From contig CAVPVX010000004.1 of assembly GCA_963709345.1 (NCBI GenBank), positions 256,001 to 320,000 on the forward strand: a stretch of 64,000 nucleotides of DNA, written 5' to 3'. Every line of letters begins with the position of its first letter. Position 1 is the stretch's first letter. The notes beneath the pieces were generated by a model. It was not told the origin of the DNA. It searched no databases and saw only the letters and a program-made list of their open reading frames with translations. Below are positions 8,990 to 18,375 of this stretch, in pieces. Origin of the DNA: an uncultured Actinomycetes bacterium (GTDB taxonomy: Bacteria > Actinomycetota > Thermoleophilia > UBA2241). The position numbers and the translations under genes are program-made.

Positions 8990-10483
8990 CTAGAAGCGCT
9001 CCGCGACCTCGATGCGACCGTCTGTGGCCGCCCGCCGCATCTCCGCGACGTCCTTGCGGTTCTGCTTCTCGTACGCCTCGGCGAAGTCGGCCATGGCGAC
9101 GTCGAAGCGGTCCTTCTTGCCGAGGTATGCGGAGATCGCGACGGGGTCGCCGGAGCGGGCGTGACCCTTGGCCAGAGTCCAGGCGCAGAGCTCGCCGTAG
9201 GTGAGCAGGTGGTCGAAGTCCATCGTCTCGACGGTGGCCGAGCCCTTCCAGTCGCGGAGCTGGCGCCAGTAGAAGTCGATGCCCACGGGGCTGCTGCTCC
9301 ATCCGAGGAAGATGTCGCTGCTCGACTGGGTGAGCCGCTGGCCCACGACGACGCGCTCCCCCTGGTGCCTGTAGCGGCTGCGCTTGAGGTAGGGCTCGAG
9401 CACCGACCGACCGGCCTCCTTCACCTGAAGGAAGAGGACGTCGTCGGCGTCGCGTCCTGTCATGACGACGATGAAGCAGCGCGTGCCGACCGACCCCACG
9501 CCGACGACCTTGAGGGCCGCATCCTCGATGCGGTACCGGTCGAGGAGCACGGCGACGTCCTGCCTGAGCGAGCGGCGGTAGGCGTTGTAGGTCGCGCGCA
9601 CCGTACGCCGCGTGTCGCTCGGGACGACTCCCGTCGCCAGGTCGCGGATGGGGACGATGAGCGGCGGTTGGCCGACGATGCGTCGTTGCCCGTCGACCAT
9701 TGTCGTGAGCTTGGCGGCGGCTTGGGCGCTGTCGCGGCTGGTGGCTCGCGCCGCCGTCTTCTCGGCGTCGCGCCTGAGCGCCGGATCGTGGATGCCGGCG
9801 ATGATCTTGTCCACATTGAGCTGCGTGTACCAGGTCCTGAGGGTGTCCATCCCGGCGAAGCGAGCCATGAAGTCGCGATAGGCGCGGGCGCCGGACAGCG
9901 CGATCGCCCGCGCCCTCTTGCGCCCGATCCCGTTCTGGCGGGCGGCCACGACCAGGCTCGCGATCAGCCGCTTGACGTCCCACTCGAACGGACCGGGCAG
10001 CGTCTCGTCGAAGTCGTTGACGTCGAAGACGAGCGAGCGCTCCGGCGAGCCGTAGACGCCGAAGTTGGAGAGGTGGGCGTCACCGCACAGCTGGACGTGC
10101 AGGTCGCTGCGCGGGCTCGAACCCAGGTCGGCCGCCATGACGGCGGCGGCGCCGCGATAGAAGCCGAAGGCGTTCTGCAGCATGCGCGCGTGCCGCACGG
10201 GGAGCAGCTGCTGGAGGCGGTCGCGCTCCTGGCCGGTGACGACTGTTACCGGGTCGGCGCGGCCGGCGGCAGGCTCCCAGACACCCAGCCTCTCGAGCGG
10301 CAGCTCCCGGCGCTGGGCCTTACCTGCCGCGACGCGTTCTTCACGTGACGGGTGTGTGGAGCGCCGCACGCGTGGAGGGGTCGCGGCGGTCGCGCCCGCG
10401 GCCGGCGTGGGCGTGGTCGCCCGCCGGCGCTTCGCGGCCGTTGCCGGTGGGGGGGAAGGCTTGCCGCTGCGCTGCGTCGCCAT
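8990..10483 (-). CDS. DUF2252 family protein (kinase-like)
   Basis: FYRGAAAVMAADL, CGDAHLSNFG, FDVNDFDET, KVVGVGSVGTR, RQLRDWKGS, LAKGHARSGD. RBS AAGGAGG before ATG at 10483. Confidence 0.92.
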   Translation of the reverse strand: MATQRSGKPSPPPATAAKRRRATTPTPAAGATAATPPRVRRSTHPSREERVAAGKAQRRELPLERLGVWEPAAGRADPVTVVTGQERDRLQQLLPVRHARMLQNAFGFYRGAAAVMAADLGSSPRSDLHVQLCGDAHLSNFGVYGSPERSLVFDVNDFDETLPGPFEWDVKRLIASLVVAARQNGIGRKRARAIALSGARAYRDFMARFAGMDTLRTWYTQLNVDKIIAGIHDPALRRDAEKTAARATSRDSAQAAAKLTTMVDGQRRIVGQPPLIVPIRDLATGVVPSDTRRTVRATYNAYRRSLRQDVAVLLDRYRIEDAALKVVGVGSVGTRCFIVVMTGRDADDVLFLQVKEAGRSVLEPYLKRSRYRHQGERVVVGQRLTQSSSDIFLGWSSSPVGIDFYWRQLRDWKGSATVETMDFDHLLTYGELCAWTLAKGHARSGDPVAISAYLGKKDRFDVAMADFAEAYEKQNRKDVAEMRRAATDGRIEVAERF

Positions 10484-10720
10484 CGACGTCCTCCTTGCGA
10501 TCGTGCCACATGTGGCCCGGACCGAGCCCGGTCCGGTCGTCGAGAATCCCCACTGTACTCCCAACCGTCGCGGATCGCGCGTTCCCACCCCAGTTGCGAC
10601 GATCGCTCGGGAGACGGATGATCGGCGCAGGTTCCGGGTGCGGCCGCGCCGGGCAGGATGCGGTAGAAGGCAGCCCGTCGGTCGCCGGAACGGCCTGAGG
10701 GGCAAGTCGGGGGGTGCTGG

Positions 10721-11248
10721 ATGAAGCAGATGAGTCCGGTGGTCGTGCGTATCGGCGTCGTGTCCGACACGCACGGTCACCTCGATCCACAGGTCCTCGA
10801 GGAATTGGCCGGCGTGACGCACATCGTCCATGCTGGAGACATCATCGACGGCGCCACTCTCGAGGCGCTGGAGAAGGTGGCGCCGGTGACCGCCGTCGCC
10901 GGCAACATGGATGTCGGCAAGCTGGGCAAGCTGCCGCGGGAGGTGGCCGTCGAGGTCGGCGGTGTGACCCTCGTCGTGGGGCACAAGCGCAAGCGACTCC
11001 TCAAACGGCTGGCTCTGGGCAAGATCGACGGCCTTGACGCCGGCCGGGCGCCGGATCTCATCATCTACGGGCACGATCACGTGCCGGCTGCGGAGTGGGT
11101 CGAAGGCGTCCTGTACCTGGACCCCGGCACGGCCAGTTCGCCGCACGAGGAAGACGACGACCCCACGATCGCCGTTGTCGAGAGCGGCCGGTCGGGGCTC
11201 TGCGTGCACTTCGTGCCGCTGGCGCGGCCTCGCCTCGAGGACTCCTGA
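10721..11248 (+). CDS. YfcE-type metallophosphoesterase
   Basis: VSDTHG, HAGD, GNMD, GHDH, DPGTAS. Confidence 0.88.
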   Translation: MKQMSPVVVRIGVVSDTHGHLDPQVLEELAGVTHIVHAGDIIDGATLEALEKVAPVTAVAGNMDVGKLGKLPREVAVEVGGVTLVVGHKRKRLLKRLALGKIDGLDAGRAPDLIIYGHDHVPAAEWVEGVLYLDPGTASSPHEEDDDPTIAVVESGRSGLCVHFVPLARPRLEDS

Positions 11249-11255
11249 GCACGCC

Positions 11256-11717
11256 GTGAAGGCGCACACCGTGTACAAGACGTTCCACGTCGAGCGGCGG
11301 CGCGCCTTCGTGCGCATCACGCAAGACGTCCAGAAAGCTGTCGACGAGAGCGGAATCCGCGAGGGCATGGCGCTGGTGTCGGCGATGCACATCACCGCCG
11401 GGGTCTGGGTCAACGACGACGAGCCGGGCCTTCAGGAGGACGCGCTCGAGTGGCTCGACAAGCTGGCGCCGCCGTCCTGGACGCCGCCGGCGAGCGACGT
11501 CTCCCGGCAGCTCCTGCCCGACGGCGGCGACTACCGCCACCACCGCGGCGGCGAGGACAACGGCGACGCCCACCTCAAGAACCTGCTCGTCCACCACCAG
11601 GTCATCGTGCCGGTCACGGCCGGCCGGCTGGACCTCGGTCCATGGCAGGCGGTCTTCTATTGCGAGTTCGACGGACGCCGCGACAAGCGGCTCATCATCA
11701 AGGTGCTTGGGGAATAG
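11256..11717 (+). CDS. yjbQ: YjbQ/UPF0047 secondary thiamine-phosphate synthase family
   Basis: [44 protein letters not shown]. Confidence 0.9.
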   Translation: MKAHTVYKTFHVERRRAFVRITQDVQKAVDESGIREGMALVSAMHITAGVWVNDDEPGLQEDALEWLDKLAPPSWTPPASDVSRQLLPDGGDYRHHRGGEDNGDAHLKNLLVHHQVIVPVTAGRLDLGPWQAVFYCEFDGRRDKRLIIKVLGE

Positions 11718-11768
11718 CGTGGCCGGGCGGCCGCCCTGCGGCCGAGAGACGATCTGAAGGAGACGAGC

Positions 11769-12353
11769 ATGAGCGATGCAGGTGGTGACCAGGGGCGTCC
11801 GCGTCCTGAGGTCGTGAGCGAGAGCGTCGTCGTGGTGACGAGCGGGCAGAGTCTGGGGCAGCGCTACTGGGGCGTGCTCGTCGCGCTCGGGATCGTGGCG
11901 CTCGTCTTCGGCGTCATCGTGCTCGCCAACATCTGGGCCAGCATCCAGTTGGTGGCGATCTTCGCCGGCCTCTTCCTGCTGTTCGCCGGCGTGCTCCAGT
12001 TCTTCGTCGGGGGGAGCGCCGGCCGCGGCGGACGCATCTTCTCCGGTGTACTGGCCGTCGCCGCCGGCCTCCTGCTCATCTTCTGGCCGGACGCCTCGGT
12101 CAAGACGGTGGCCATCATCGTCGGCGTCGCCTTCCTCGTGTGGGGCGTCGCCGTGGCTGTGGCGGCCGTCTCCGCCCGTGGAGAGGGCTCGGGGGTCGTG
12201 GTCGGTTTCGGCGCCGTCCTCGCGGTCATCGGCCTGATCTTCATCCTTTGGCCGGGCCCCACCGTGAGCTTGCTGATGATCCTCGTCGGCGTCAGCGCCG
12301 TGCTCTTCGGGATCTCGTGCATCGTGCAGGGACTCGCGCTGCGCAAGGCGTAG
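11769..12353 (+). CDS. HdeD/DUF308 membrane protein
   Basis: Six TM helices with a repeated GLLLIFWP/GLIFILWP pattern. RBS AAGGAG. Confidence 0.8.
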   Translation: MSDAGGDQGRPRPEVVSESVVVVTSGQSLGQRYWGVLVALGIVALVFGVIVLANIWASIQLVAIFAGLFLLFAGVLQFFVGGSAGRGGRIFSGVLAVAAGLLLIFWPDASVKTVAIIVGVAFLVWGVAVAVAAVSARGEGSGVVVGFGAVLAVIGLIFILWPGPTVSLLMILVGVSAVLFGISCIVQGLALRKA

Positions 12354-12510
12354 GCGACGCGCGGTTTGCGCGACGGGGTGACGTAGCGCGTCGAGCGGAT
12401 CCACCGGCGGGACGGCGCCGACGGGGCGCACGGGAATCCGGCGCCGCGCCGAAATCGCCACGCAGGCGTGGTGCCGTACAGGCCGGCGGCGCGCCGGTCA
12501 GCACTGAGGC

Positions 12511-12705
12511 TTGTCGGTGGATCGACTCCACGCCGAGGACGAGGCTCTCGTCAGAGGGCTGCACGGGATCACTCTCAGCGCCGCCGTGATCCTCACGCTG
12601 TCGGTCTTCCTCAAGGTGGCGCACGACGGTGAGCGGGGGAAGAACGCCCACCATCAGGGCGACGGATCGAAGGCCCGGGACGACGGCGAGGCGCCGCTCA
12701 CGTGA
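12511..12705 (+). CDS. Possible small single-TM protein or gene remnant
   Basis: 64 codons with GC-rich third positions and one hydrophobic stretch. It ends just before the convergent channel gene. No RBS seen. Confidence 0.25.
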   Translation: MSVDRLHAEDEALVRGLHGITLSAAVILTLSVFLKVAHDGERGKNAHHQGDGSKARDDGEAPLT

Positions 12706-12715
12706 GCCGGCGGAC

Positions 12716-13573
12716 TCACTCGCCGACGCCGGGTTTCCCTTCATCGCCCGCCGCCCGGCGATGCGACAACCGATCCCGGGCCAGATTCTGCACCACCAGC
12801 GCGACCACGGTGATGAGGTAGAGCTGGCCGAAGACGGCCTCCATGACGGCCGTGAGTCGTCCGACACCGCCGGCGGCCGTCAGGTCGCCGTAGCCCGTGG
12901 TCGTGATGGTCACGAAGCTGAAGTAGACGAAGTCGATGCCCGTCGGGTGGTCCGTCTGCGCGAAGAAGGGGCCGGCGGCGGCGTCGATGACCGAGAAGAG
13001 CGTCGCGAAGAACATCGCGATGAGGATGTAGACCGAGACGGCGCCGTAGAACGTGTTGAGATTCACCACCGGGTGGCTCAGCAGGCGGCGCAGGATCACG
13101 ACCGGCGCGACCACCACCAGCAGCAGAGTGACGAAGGCTCCGAGCGTGGGCGCATCGTAGCCGCCGGCTCCGAGGAAGGCCATGACGAGCGCGACCAGGA
13201 CGGCGAGCGGGATGAGCGCTGTGGCGACGCGCAGCCCGCGCCTCCGTACCTGCGAGGCGCGCAGCGCCAGCCAGGTGGCGGCGGCGAAGACGACGAGCGT
13301 GGCGGCGGCGCCGATCGGAGTGTCGCCGGTCGCCGCTCGCAGGAAGAGGCCGGCGAGCAGCAGCACCAGCACCAGCCCGAAGCTGTCGGCGAACCGGGGC
13401 GAGGGCTCCAGCAGCCGGCGGAGGCGTGGATCGGTCGCCGGTGCTTGGGGCGGTGTGCCGTCGCCCGCGGCGTCTCCGGCAGGCGGTGCGCCCACTGCGC
13501 CGACCCGGTGCTCGCGCGTCTCAGGACCCGCGTTCCCGCCCGGATCCTCCTGCATATGATCCTCGTCGGTCAT
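12716..13573 (-). CDS. Potassium channel family protein (Ion_trans_2)
   Basis: FVYFSFVTITTTGYGDL selectivity filter and multiple TM helices. Confidence 0.88.
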   Translation of the reverse strand: MTDEDHMQEDPGGNAGPETREHRVGAVGAPPAGDAAGDGTPPQAPATDPRLRRLLEPSPRFADSFGLVLVLLLAGLFLRAATGDTPIGAAATLVVFAAATWLALRASQVRRRGLRVATALIPLAVLVALVMAFLGAGGYDAPTLGAFVTLLLVVVAPVVILRRLLSHPVVNLNTFYGAVSVYILIAMFFATLFSVIDAAAGPFFAQTDHPTGIDFVYFSFVTITTTGYGDLTAAGGVGRLTAVMEAVFGQLYLITVVALVVQNLARDRLSHRRAAGDEGKPGVGE

Positions 13574-13690
13574 GACTTCAGCGCCACTGTATCCCAAGTC
13601 GCGTCACGTGCAAACGGACGCGATCGGAAGGGCAGCCGGGCGGCGCCGCGAACGCCCGTCCTGTACACTCGCTGAGAGGCGGCTGAACGC

Positions 13691-14620
13691 ATGCATGACG
13701 GCAGATACACCACGTACGGTACGCGGCCGGGGCGAGACCCGCGCCGCCGGCGGCGCCAGCGTGCCCGCCGCCGCCTCCTGATCGTCGCCGTCGTCCTCGC
13801 CGTGGCGGCGGTCGCCGCCGCCGTGCTGCTTCGCGGCGGTGACGCTGACGAGGCCGCCGCCGAGAAGTCGGGGGGTGGAGGCGGGGCGACCGCGGCCGCA
13901 AGCCCGAGCCCCACGCCGACCGAGCCGCCGCCCGAGGTGTGGGTGGCGAGCAAGAGCGATCCCGTGCGTGTCTGGGTCGGCGGGGACTCCATGGGCGGCG
14001 AGCTCGGCTGGGCGCTCGATCCGCTGTTGCGGGGCGCCAGGGTCTTCAAGCCGATCACCTTCTACAAGGAGTCTTCCGGGATCTGCCGGTACGACTTCTA
14101 CGATTGGGGCAAGCAGGCAGAGTCCGTGGTGCGCAGCGCCAAGCCCGATGCGGCCGTCATCATGATGGGCACCAACGACACCCAGTCGGTGTGGCAGGAC
14201 GGCGAGTGGATCCCCTACGGCAAGGTGGCCTGGAAGACGGCCTACGAACGCCGCGTCGGCGAGATCATGGACATCATGCTCGAGGGCGGCGCGCGAAGAG
14301 TGTACTGGGTCGGCATGCCGATCATGGGGGAGGGCTGGCGCAACTCCCGCATGAGGTTCATCAACCGGGTCTTCGAAAAGCAGGCGGGGGAACGCCCGGG
14401 GGTGACGTTCGTCGACGTTTGGGACCTGTACGCCGATGAGAGCGGCGACTTCGACGCGTCCCTGCGGCTCGGCGACGGCGTGCACTTCACCGTCGCGGGC
14501 CAGGAGATGCTCGGCAAGCACGTCTTCAAACTGATCGAGCGGGACTGGCTGCCGGACGGCGCAGGGGAGCCGGACTCGTCGTCATCGCCGATGTCCTCGC
14601 CGACCGCCTCATCGATCTGA
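13691..14620 (+). CDS. DUF459 / SGNH-family O-acetyltransferase-like protein (PatB-like)
   Basis: N-terminal TM anchor, GDSM, SSGIC, MMGTND, YWVGMP, DGVHFT. Confidence 0.85.
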   Translation: MHDGRYTTYGTRPGRDPRRRRRQRARRRLLIVAVVLAVAAVAAAVLLRGGDADEAAAEKSGGGGGATAAASPSPTPTEPPPEVWVASKSDPVRVWVGGDSMGGELGWALDPLLRGARVFKPITFYKESSGICRYDFYDWGKQAESVVRSAKPDAAVIMMGTNDTQSVWQDGEWIPYGKVAWKTAYERRVGEIMDIMLEGGARRVYWVGMPIMGEGWRNSRMRFINRVFEKQAGERPGVTFVDVWDLYADESGDFDASLRLGDGVHFTVAGQEMLGKHVFKLIERDWLPDGAGEPDSSSSPMSSPTASSI

Positions 14621-14680
14621 CGCCTGTCACGCCGTTCGGGGTGGCTCGCGAGGTGACCGGGCGCGGATAATGGGACGACC

Positions 14681-15520
14681 ATGATCGCGTTCTTCGCCAC
14701 AGTCCCCGGTCACGTGCTCGACGACGCCAAGCGGCCGCTCTTCCTGCTGCTCGTCGGCTTCATACTCACGTTTCTGGTCGCCCGCTTGAACACGCGGCTC
14801 ACGCGTGCGCACGGCCGCTCGCACCTGCGCATCGGCAGCGTCGTCACGCCGGGCGGCCTGCACATCCACCACTCCGTCTTCGGCATCATCGGCATGATCG
14901 TAGCCGGCATCCTCGCGTTCGCGCTCCAGCCGGGCAGTCCGTGGCTTGAGGTCTTCGCCTTCTTCTTCGGCGCCGGCGCCGCGCTGACGCTCGACGAGTT
15001 CGCCCTCATCCTGCACCTCGAGGACGTGTACTGGACGGGCGAGGGGCGCAAGAGCATCGATGCGGTCATCCTGGGCCTGACGTTCATCACCCTGCTGCTG
15101 ACCGGCCTTCTGCCGAGAAGCATCAGCGAGGTGGGGGACTACGTCATGATCACGCGCTGGGTGGGCTCGGCGTTCATCCTGTTCGGGGCCGTCTTCGTCG
15201 TGCTCTGCTACTTGAAGGGCAAGCTCTTCGTGGGGACTGTCGGTATCTTCGTGCCGCTGGTGGCGCTGATCGGCGCGCTGCGTCTCGCCAAGCCCGGCTC
15301 GCCGTGGGCCCGGCGGCAGTACGCGGGGAGCCCGGTCAAGCTTGAGCGGGCGCGGCGCCGGGACGAGCGCTTCCACCAGAAATGGGAGCGCCGCAAGCAT
15401 CGGCTCTGGGACCTGATCGGAGGCAAGCCCCAGCTGCCGCTCTCCCTGACGCGTCGCGACGAGCAGCGCGACGACGACGATCGAGGCGCTTCAGGAGGAC
15501 CGCCGGCCCCGCGTTCGTGA
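14681..15520 (+). CDS. Actinobacterial integral membrane protein (HIHH motif)
   Basis: GGLHIHH, GAALTLDEFALILHLEDVYW, RLAKPGSPWAR. Confidence 0.75.
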   Translation: MIAFFATVPGHVLDDAKRPLFLLLVGFILTFLVARLNTRLTRAHGRSHLRIGSVVTPGGLHIHHSVFGIIGMIVAGILAFALQPGSPWLEVFAFFFGAGAALTLDEFALILHLEDVYWTGEGRKSIDAVILGLTFITLLLTGLLPRSISEVGDYVMITRWVGSAFILFGAVFVVLCYLKGKLFVGTVGIFVPLVALIGALRLAKPGSPWARRQYAGSPVKLERARRRDERFHQKWERRKHRLWDLIGGKPQLPLSLTRRDEQRDDDDRGASGGPPAPRS

Positions 15521-15560
15521 GACGCGGCGCGGCCGGCGCGGCGGCCGCGCCGCGTCTCAC
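15517..15560. terminator. Bidirectional hairpin between convergent genes
   Basis: Perfect 19-bp inverted repeat gtgagacgcggcgcggccg / cggccgcgccgcgtctcac that includes both stop codons. Confidence 0.75.
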
Positions 15561-16876
15561 GGCGCCGGCCGCGGCGGCTCGTCGTCGGCGGGCGCCGGGA
15601 GTCCTGCGGCGAACGTGGTGAGGACCAGTTCGTAGATGACGAGTACGAGCACCACAGCGAGGATGGCCGTCAGGGAGCCGGCGACGAAGAAGAGTGCCAG
15701 CACGGCCGCGGCGACCCCGCCGAGGCGTAGGGCGTCGAGGTGCCTCGCCAGCCGGCGGCCGTTGGTGGTGTCGGGCGTGGAGAGGTCGGCGGCGATACCG
15801 AACAGCTTGGAGAACCCGCGGCCCATGGCCCGGACCAATGAGGGGTGGGCGGCGAGGAGCGCGGCGACTGCCACGATGGCCCCCGCTACCGCTGCCCAGA
15901 CGAAGAAGTCGTTCAGGGTGTCGATCGCCGATCTGACGATGGAGCGCGCCACGGCTGCGCCGCCTTCATCGCCGACCGCGCGGGCGACCGCCTTCTCGAT
16001 CTGTCGCTCGATCACGCGCGCGACGACGAACGCGACGACCACGCCGAGTCCCAGCTGAAGCGCCGTGCGGCGCCTGTGGGTCGAGACGAGGAGCGCCGCG
16101 ACCACGAGAGCGACCGCGAGTGCGATCACGAGTATGACGAGGTCGTTGAAGAGCCGCAGCGCCTGCTTGGCCTCGTAGCCCTGGTCTCCTCGCAGCAGGG
16201 TGACGGAGCCGAAGTCGGCCGGCAGCGGCCGGCCGAGGGCGTCCTGCAACAGGACGCGGATCTGGTCGGGATCCGTCTCGGGGTCGATCGCCGGCAGTCG
16301 CACGTCCTTGCCGAGCAGCCGCGGGATCTGGTCCTCGAGCTTCTGCAGCGCCACCGCCACGAGCGGCAGCAGGTTGAGCCGCACGTCGTTGCGGCCGACG
16401 GTCACGTAGCGGTTCTCGTCCTGCAGCGCAGTGATGAGCTGGCGGTGGCTGAAGCGGTTCACGTCGATCCAGAGTTCCCGGGCGAGCTCGCTTCCGAGGA
16501 ACTTGTCGACCTCGTCGACGAGAAAGCGTCGCAGTTCGGCGGTGAGCGGCGTGGCGAGCAGCTTGGCGTCGGTCGGGAGGGCGTCCTCGATGCGGCGCTC
16601 CAGATCGGCGGCCTCGACGGCCTTGTCGGTGACGAAGACGCTGACCGAGCGCCTCACGTGAGGATCGTCGGCGATCGGCGCCACCAGCCTGACGTAGGTG
16701 TCGGTGTCGAAGACCAGGCTCCGTGACCAGAGGGCGACCACGCTGACGCTCACCGTGACGATGGCCATGATGACGAGGACGAGGGCGAGCCACGAGCGCA
16801 GGCGCGGCCTTTGGGGGGAGATCGGCACGTCCTCGGCGGGTGCAAGCGCCTCGGTGACGGCGGTCGGCTTGGCCAT
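15557..16876 (-). CDS. Integral membrane protein with large extracytoplasmic domain
   Basis: N-terminal TM, DTDTYVRLVAPIADDP motif, several C-terminal TMs. RBS GGGAGG. Confidence 0.75.
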   Translation of the reverse strand: MAKPTAVTEALAPAEDVPISPQRPRLRSWLALVLVIMAIVTVSVSVVALWSRSLVFDTDTYVRLVAPIADDPHVRRSVSVFVTDKAVEAADLERRIEDALPTDAKLLATPLTAELRRFLVDEVDKFLGSELARELWIDVNRFSHRQLITALQDENRYVTVGRNDVRLNLLPLVAVALQKLEDQIPRLLGKDVRLPAIDPETDPDQIRVLLQDALGRPLPADFGSVTLLRGDQGYEAKQALRLFNDLVILVIALAVALVVAALLVSTHRRRTALQLGLGVVVAFVVARVIERQIEKAVARAVGDEGGAAVARSIVRSAIDTLNDFFVWAAVAGAIVAVAALLAAHPSLVRAMGRGFSKLFGIAADLSTPDTTNGRRLARHLDALRLGGVAAAVLALFFVAGSLTAILAVVLVLVIYELVLTTFAAGLPAPADDEPPRPAP

Positions 16877-17101
16877 CGCATCCTCCCTCACAGCGGCTCG
16901 GGCACCAGGCGCACCTTCGGCTGACCCTTGCAGTGTCTGTCCCGGACGTCGTCGCATATGTCGCGACGCCGCGGCGACCCTCTGCGGCCGGTCCGGGCCT
17001 GAGACGGCGCAGACCGGCGTGGCCGGGTCAGTGACGACGGTGCCCGTGTCGGCGGGACGAGAAACACGCGGGCCGTGCCGCTCTCCGAACGAGGCGCGGG
17101 G

Positions 17102-18274
17102 TCAGCTGCAAGAGGCCGACGCCTCGGCCATGGCGCGGCCGAGGCGGCCAGCGCCGTCGGCCAGCGCCGCCCCTCCGTAGAGACTGAAGGCGAGACGCAG
17201 GTCGTGGTCGTCACCGTCGAGGCAGAAGCGTGACCCCGGGGCGAACGACACGCCGTGCCTCTCGGCGTGAGGCAGGAGCGCCGTCGCCGTCAGCCCTTCT
17301 GGGAGCGTGACCCAGATGAAGAAGCCGCCGGCCGGCACGGTGAAGCGGCAGCCGGCGGGCAGCCGCTCTCGCAGCGCCGCGGCGAGCGCGTCGCGCCGCG
17401 ACGCGTAGGCGCGGCGAAGCCCTGCCAGGTGCGCGTCGTAGACGCCGGCCTCGAGCAGCGCCGCGACCACGTGCGCCGAGAACTGGCCAAGGCACCCGCC
17501 GCTCTCAAGCATTCCGGCGCCGGCCAGGCGCTCGCTCAGGTCTGCGCGCGCGGTGATCCACCCCAGACGGAGGCCCGGCGCCAGCGACTTCGAGAACGAG
17601 CCGAGGCGGACGACCGGCGCCTTCGCGTCGAGAGCCCACAGCGGCGGGGGCGCGGGTCCATCGTAGGCGAGCTCGCGGTACACGTCGTCCTCGACCACGA
17701 CCAGGTCGTGCTCACGGGCCACGGCCAGAAGGCGACGCCGGCGGTCCGGCGACAGGGACACGCCGGCGGGGTTGTGGAAGGTCGGGATGGTGTAGAGCAG
17801 GCGGGGCACCCTGCCCGAGGATCGCAGGCGCTGCAGGGTCGTCTCGAGCGCCTCGACGTCGAGTCCACCGTGGTCGAGCGGCACGCCGGCGAGCTCCACG
17901 GGGTGGTCCCGGACGATCCCGAGTGCCAGGTTGTAGGTGGGCGACTCGACGAGGACGACGTCGCCGGGCCGCGTGAGCCTGGTGACGACCTGGTCGAGCG
18001 CCTGGGAGGCGCCGCCGGTGATGAGGATCTCGCCGGCGTCGACGCCGCGGCCCTCGCGCGCGGCGATGCGTTCGGCGACGGCGGCGCGCAGCGCGTGCGG
18101 GCCTTTCTTCGCGCCATACGACATGGCGGCCGCTCCACCCGCGTCGCCGAGGGCAAGCGCGGCCGCCTCACGCACGAGCCCTACAGGCAGCAGCGACGGG
18201 TCGGGCTCGCCGAACGCGAACTCGACGATCCCGTCGCGAAGGGTGTTCTGGGTGAACGCCGGTGACTCGTGCAT
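17102..18274 (-). CDS. PLP-dependent class I/II aminotransferase (ARO8/LysN-like)
   Basis: VESPTY, PTFHNPAG, EDDVY, GSFSKSLAPGLRLGW, PAGGFFIW. Confidence 0.92.
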   Translation of the reverse strand: MHESPAFTQNTLRDGIVEFAFGEPDPSLLPVGLVREAAALALGDAGGAAAMSYGAKKGPHALRAAVAERIAAREGRGVDAGEILITGGASQALDQVVTRLTRPGDVVLVESPTYNLALGIVRDHPVELAGVPLDHGGLDVEALETTLQRLRSSGRVPRLLYTIPTFHNPAGVSLSPDRRRRLLAVAREHDLVVVEDDVYRELAYDGPAPPPLWALDAKAPVVRLGSFSKSLAPGLRLGWITARADLSERLAGAGMLESGGCLGQFSAHVVAALLEAGVYDAHLAGLRRAYASRRDALAAALRERLPAGCRFTVPAGGFFIWVTLPEGLTATALLPHAERHGVSFAPGSRFCLDGDDHDLRLAFSLYGGAALADGAGRLGRAMAEASASCS

Positions 18275-18375
18275 GCCGTCATGATACGGGATGCGACGAC
18301 CCGTGACGCGTCGGCGGCGAACCCCGGCTGGCGGCCGGTCGTCCCTTTCCCTAGACTGAGCGTGGACGCGCCTGC

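Noticed and set aside
8990-11413. 807-aa DUF2252 ORF
   Set aside because: The extension overlaps yfcE and yjbQ on the opposite strand. The RBS supports a start at 10483.
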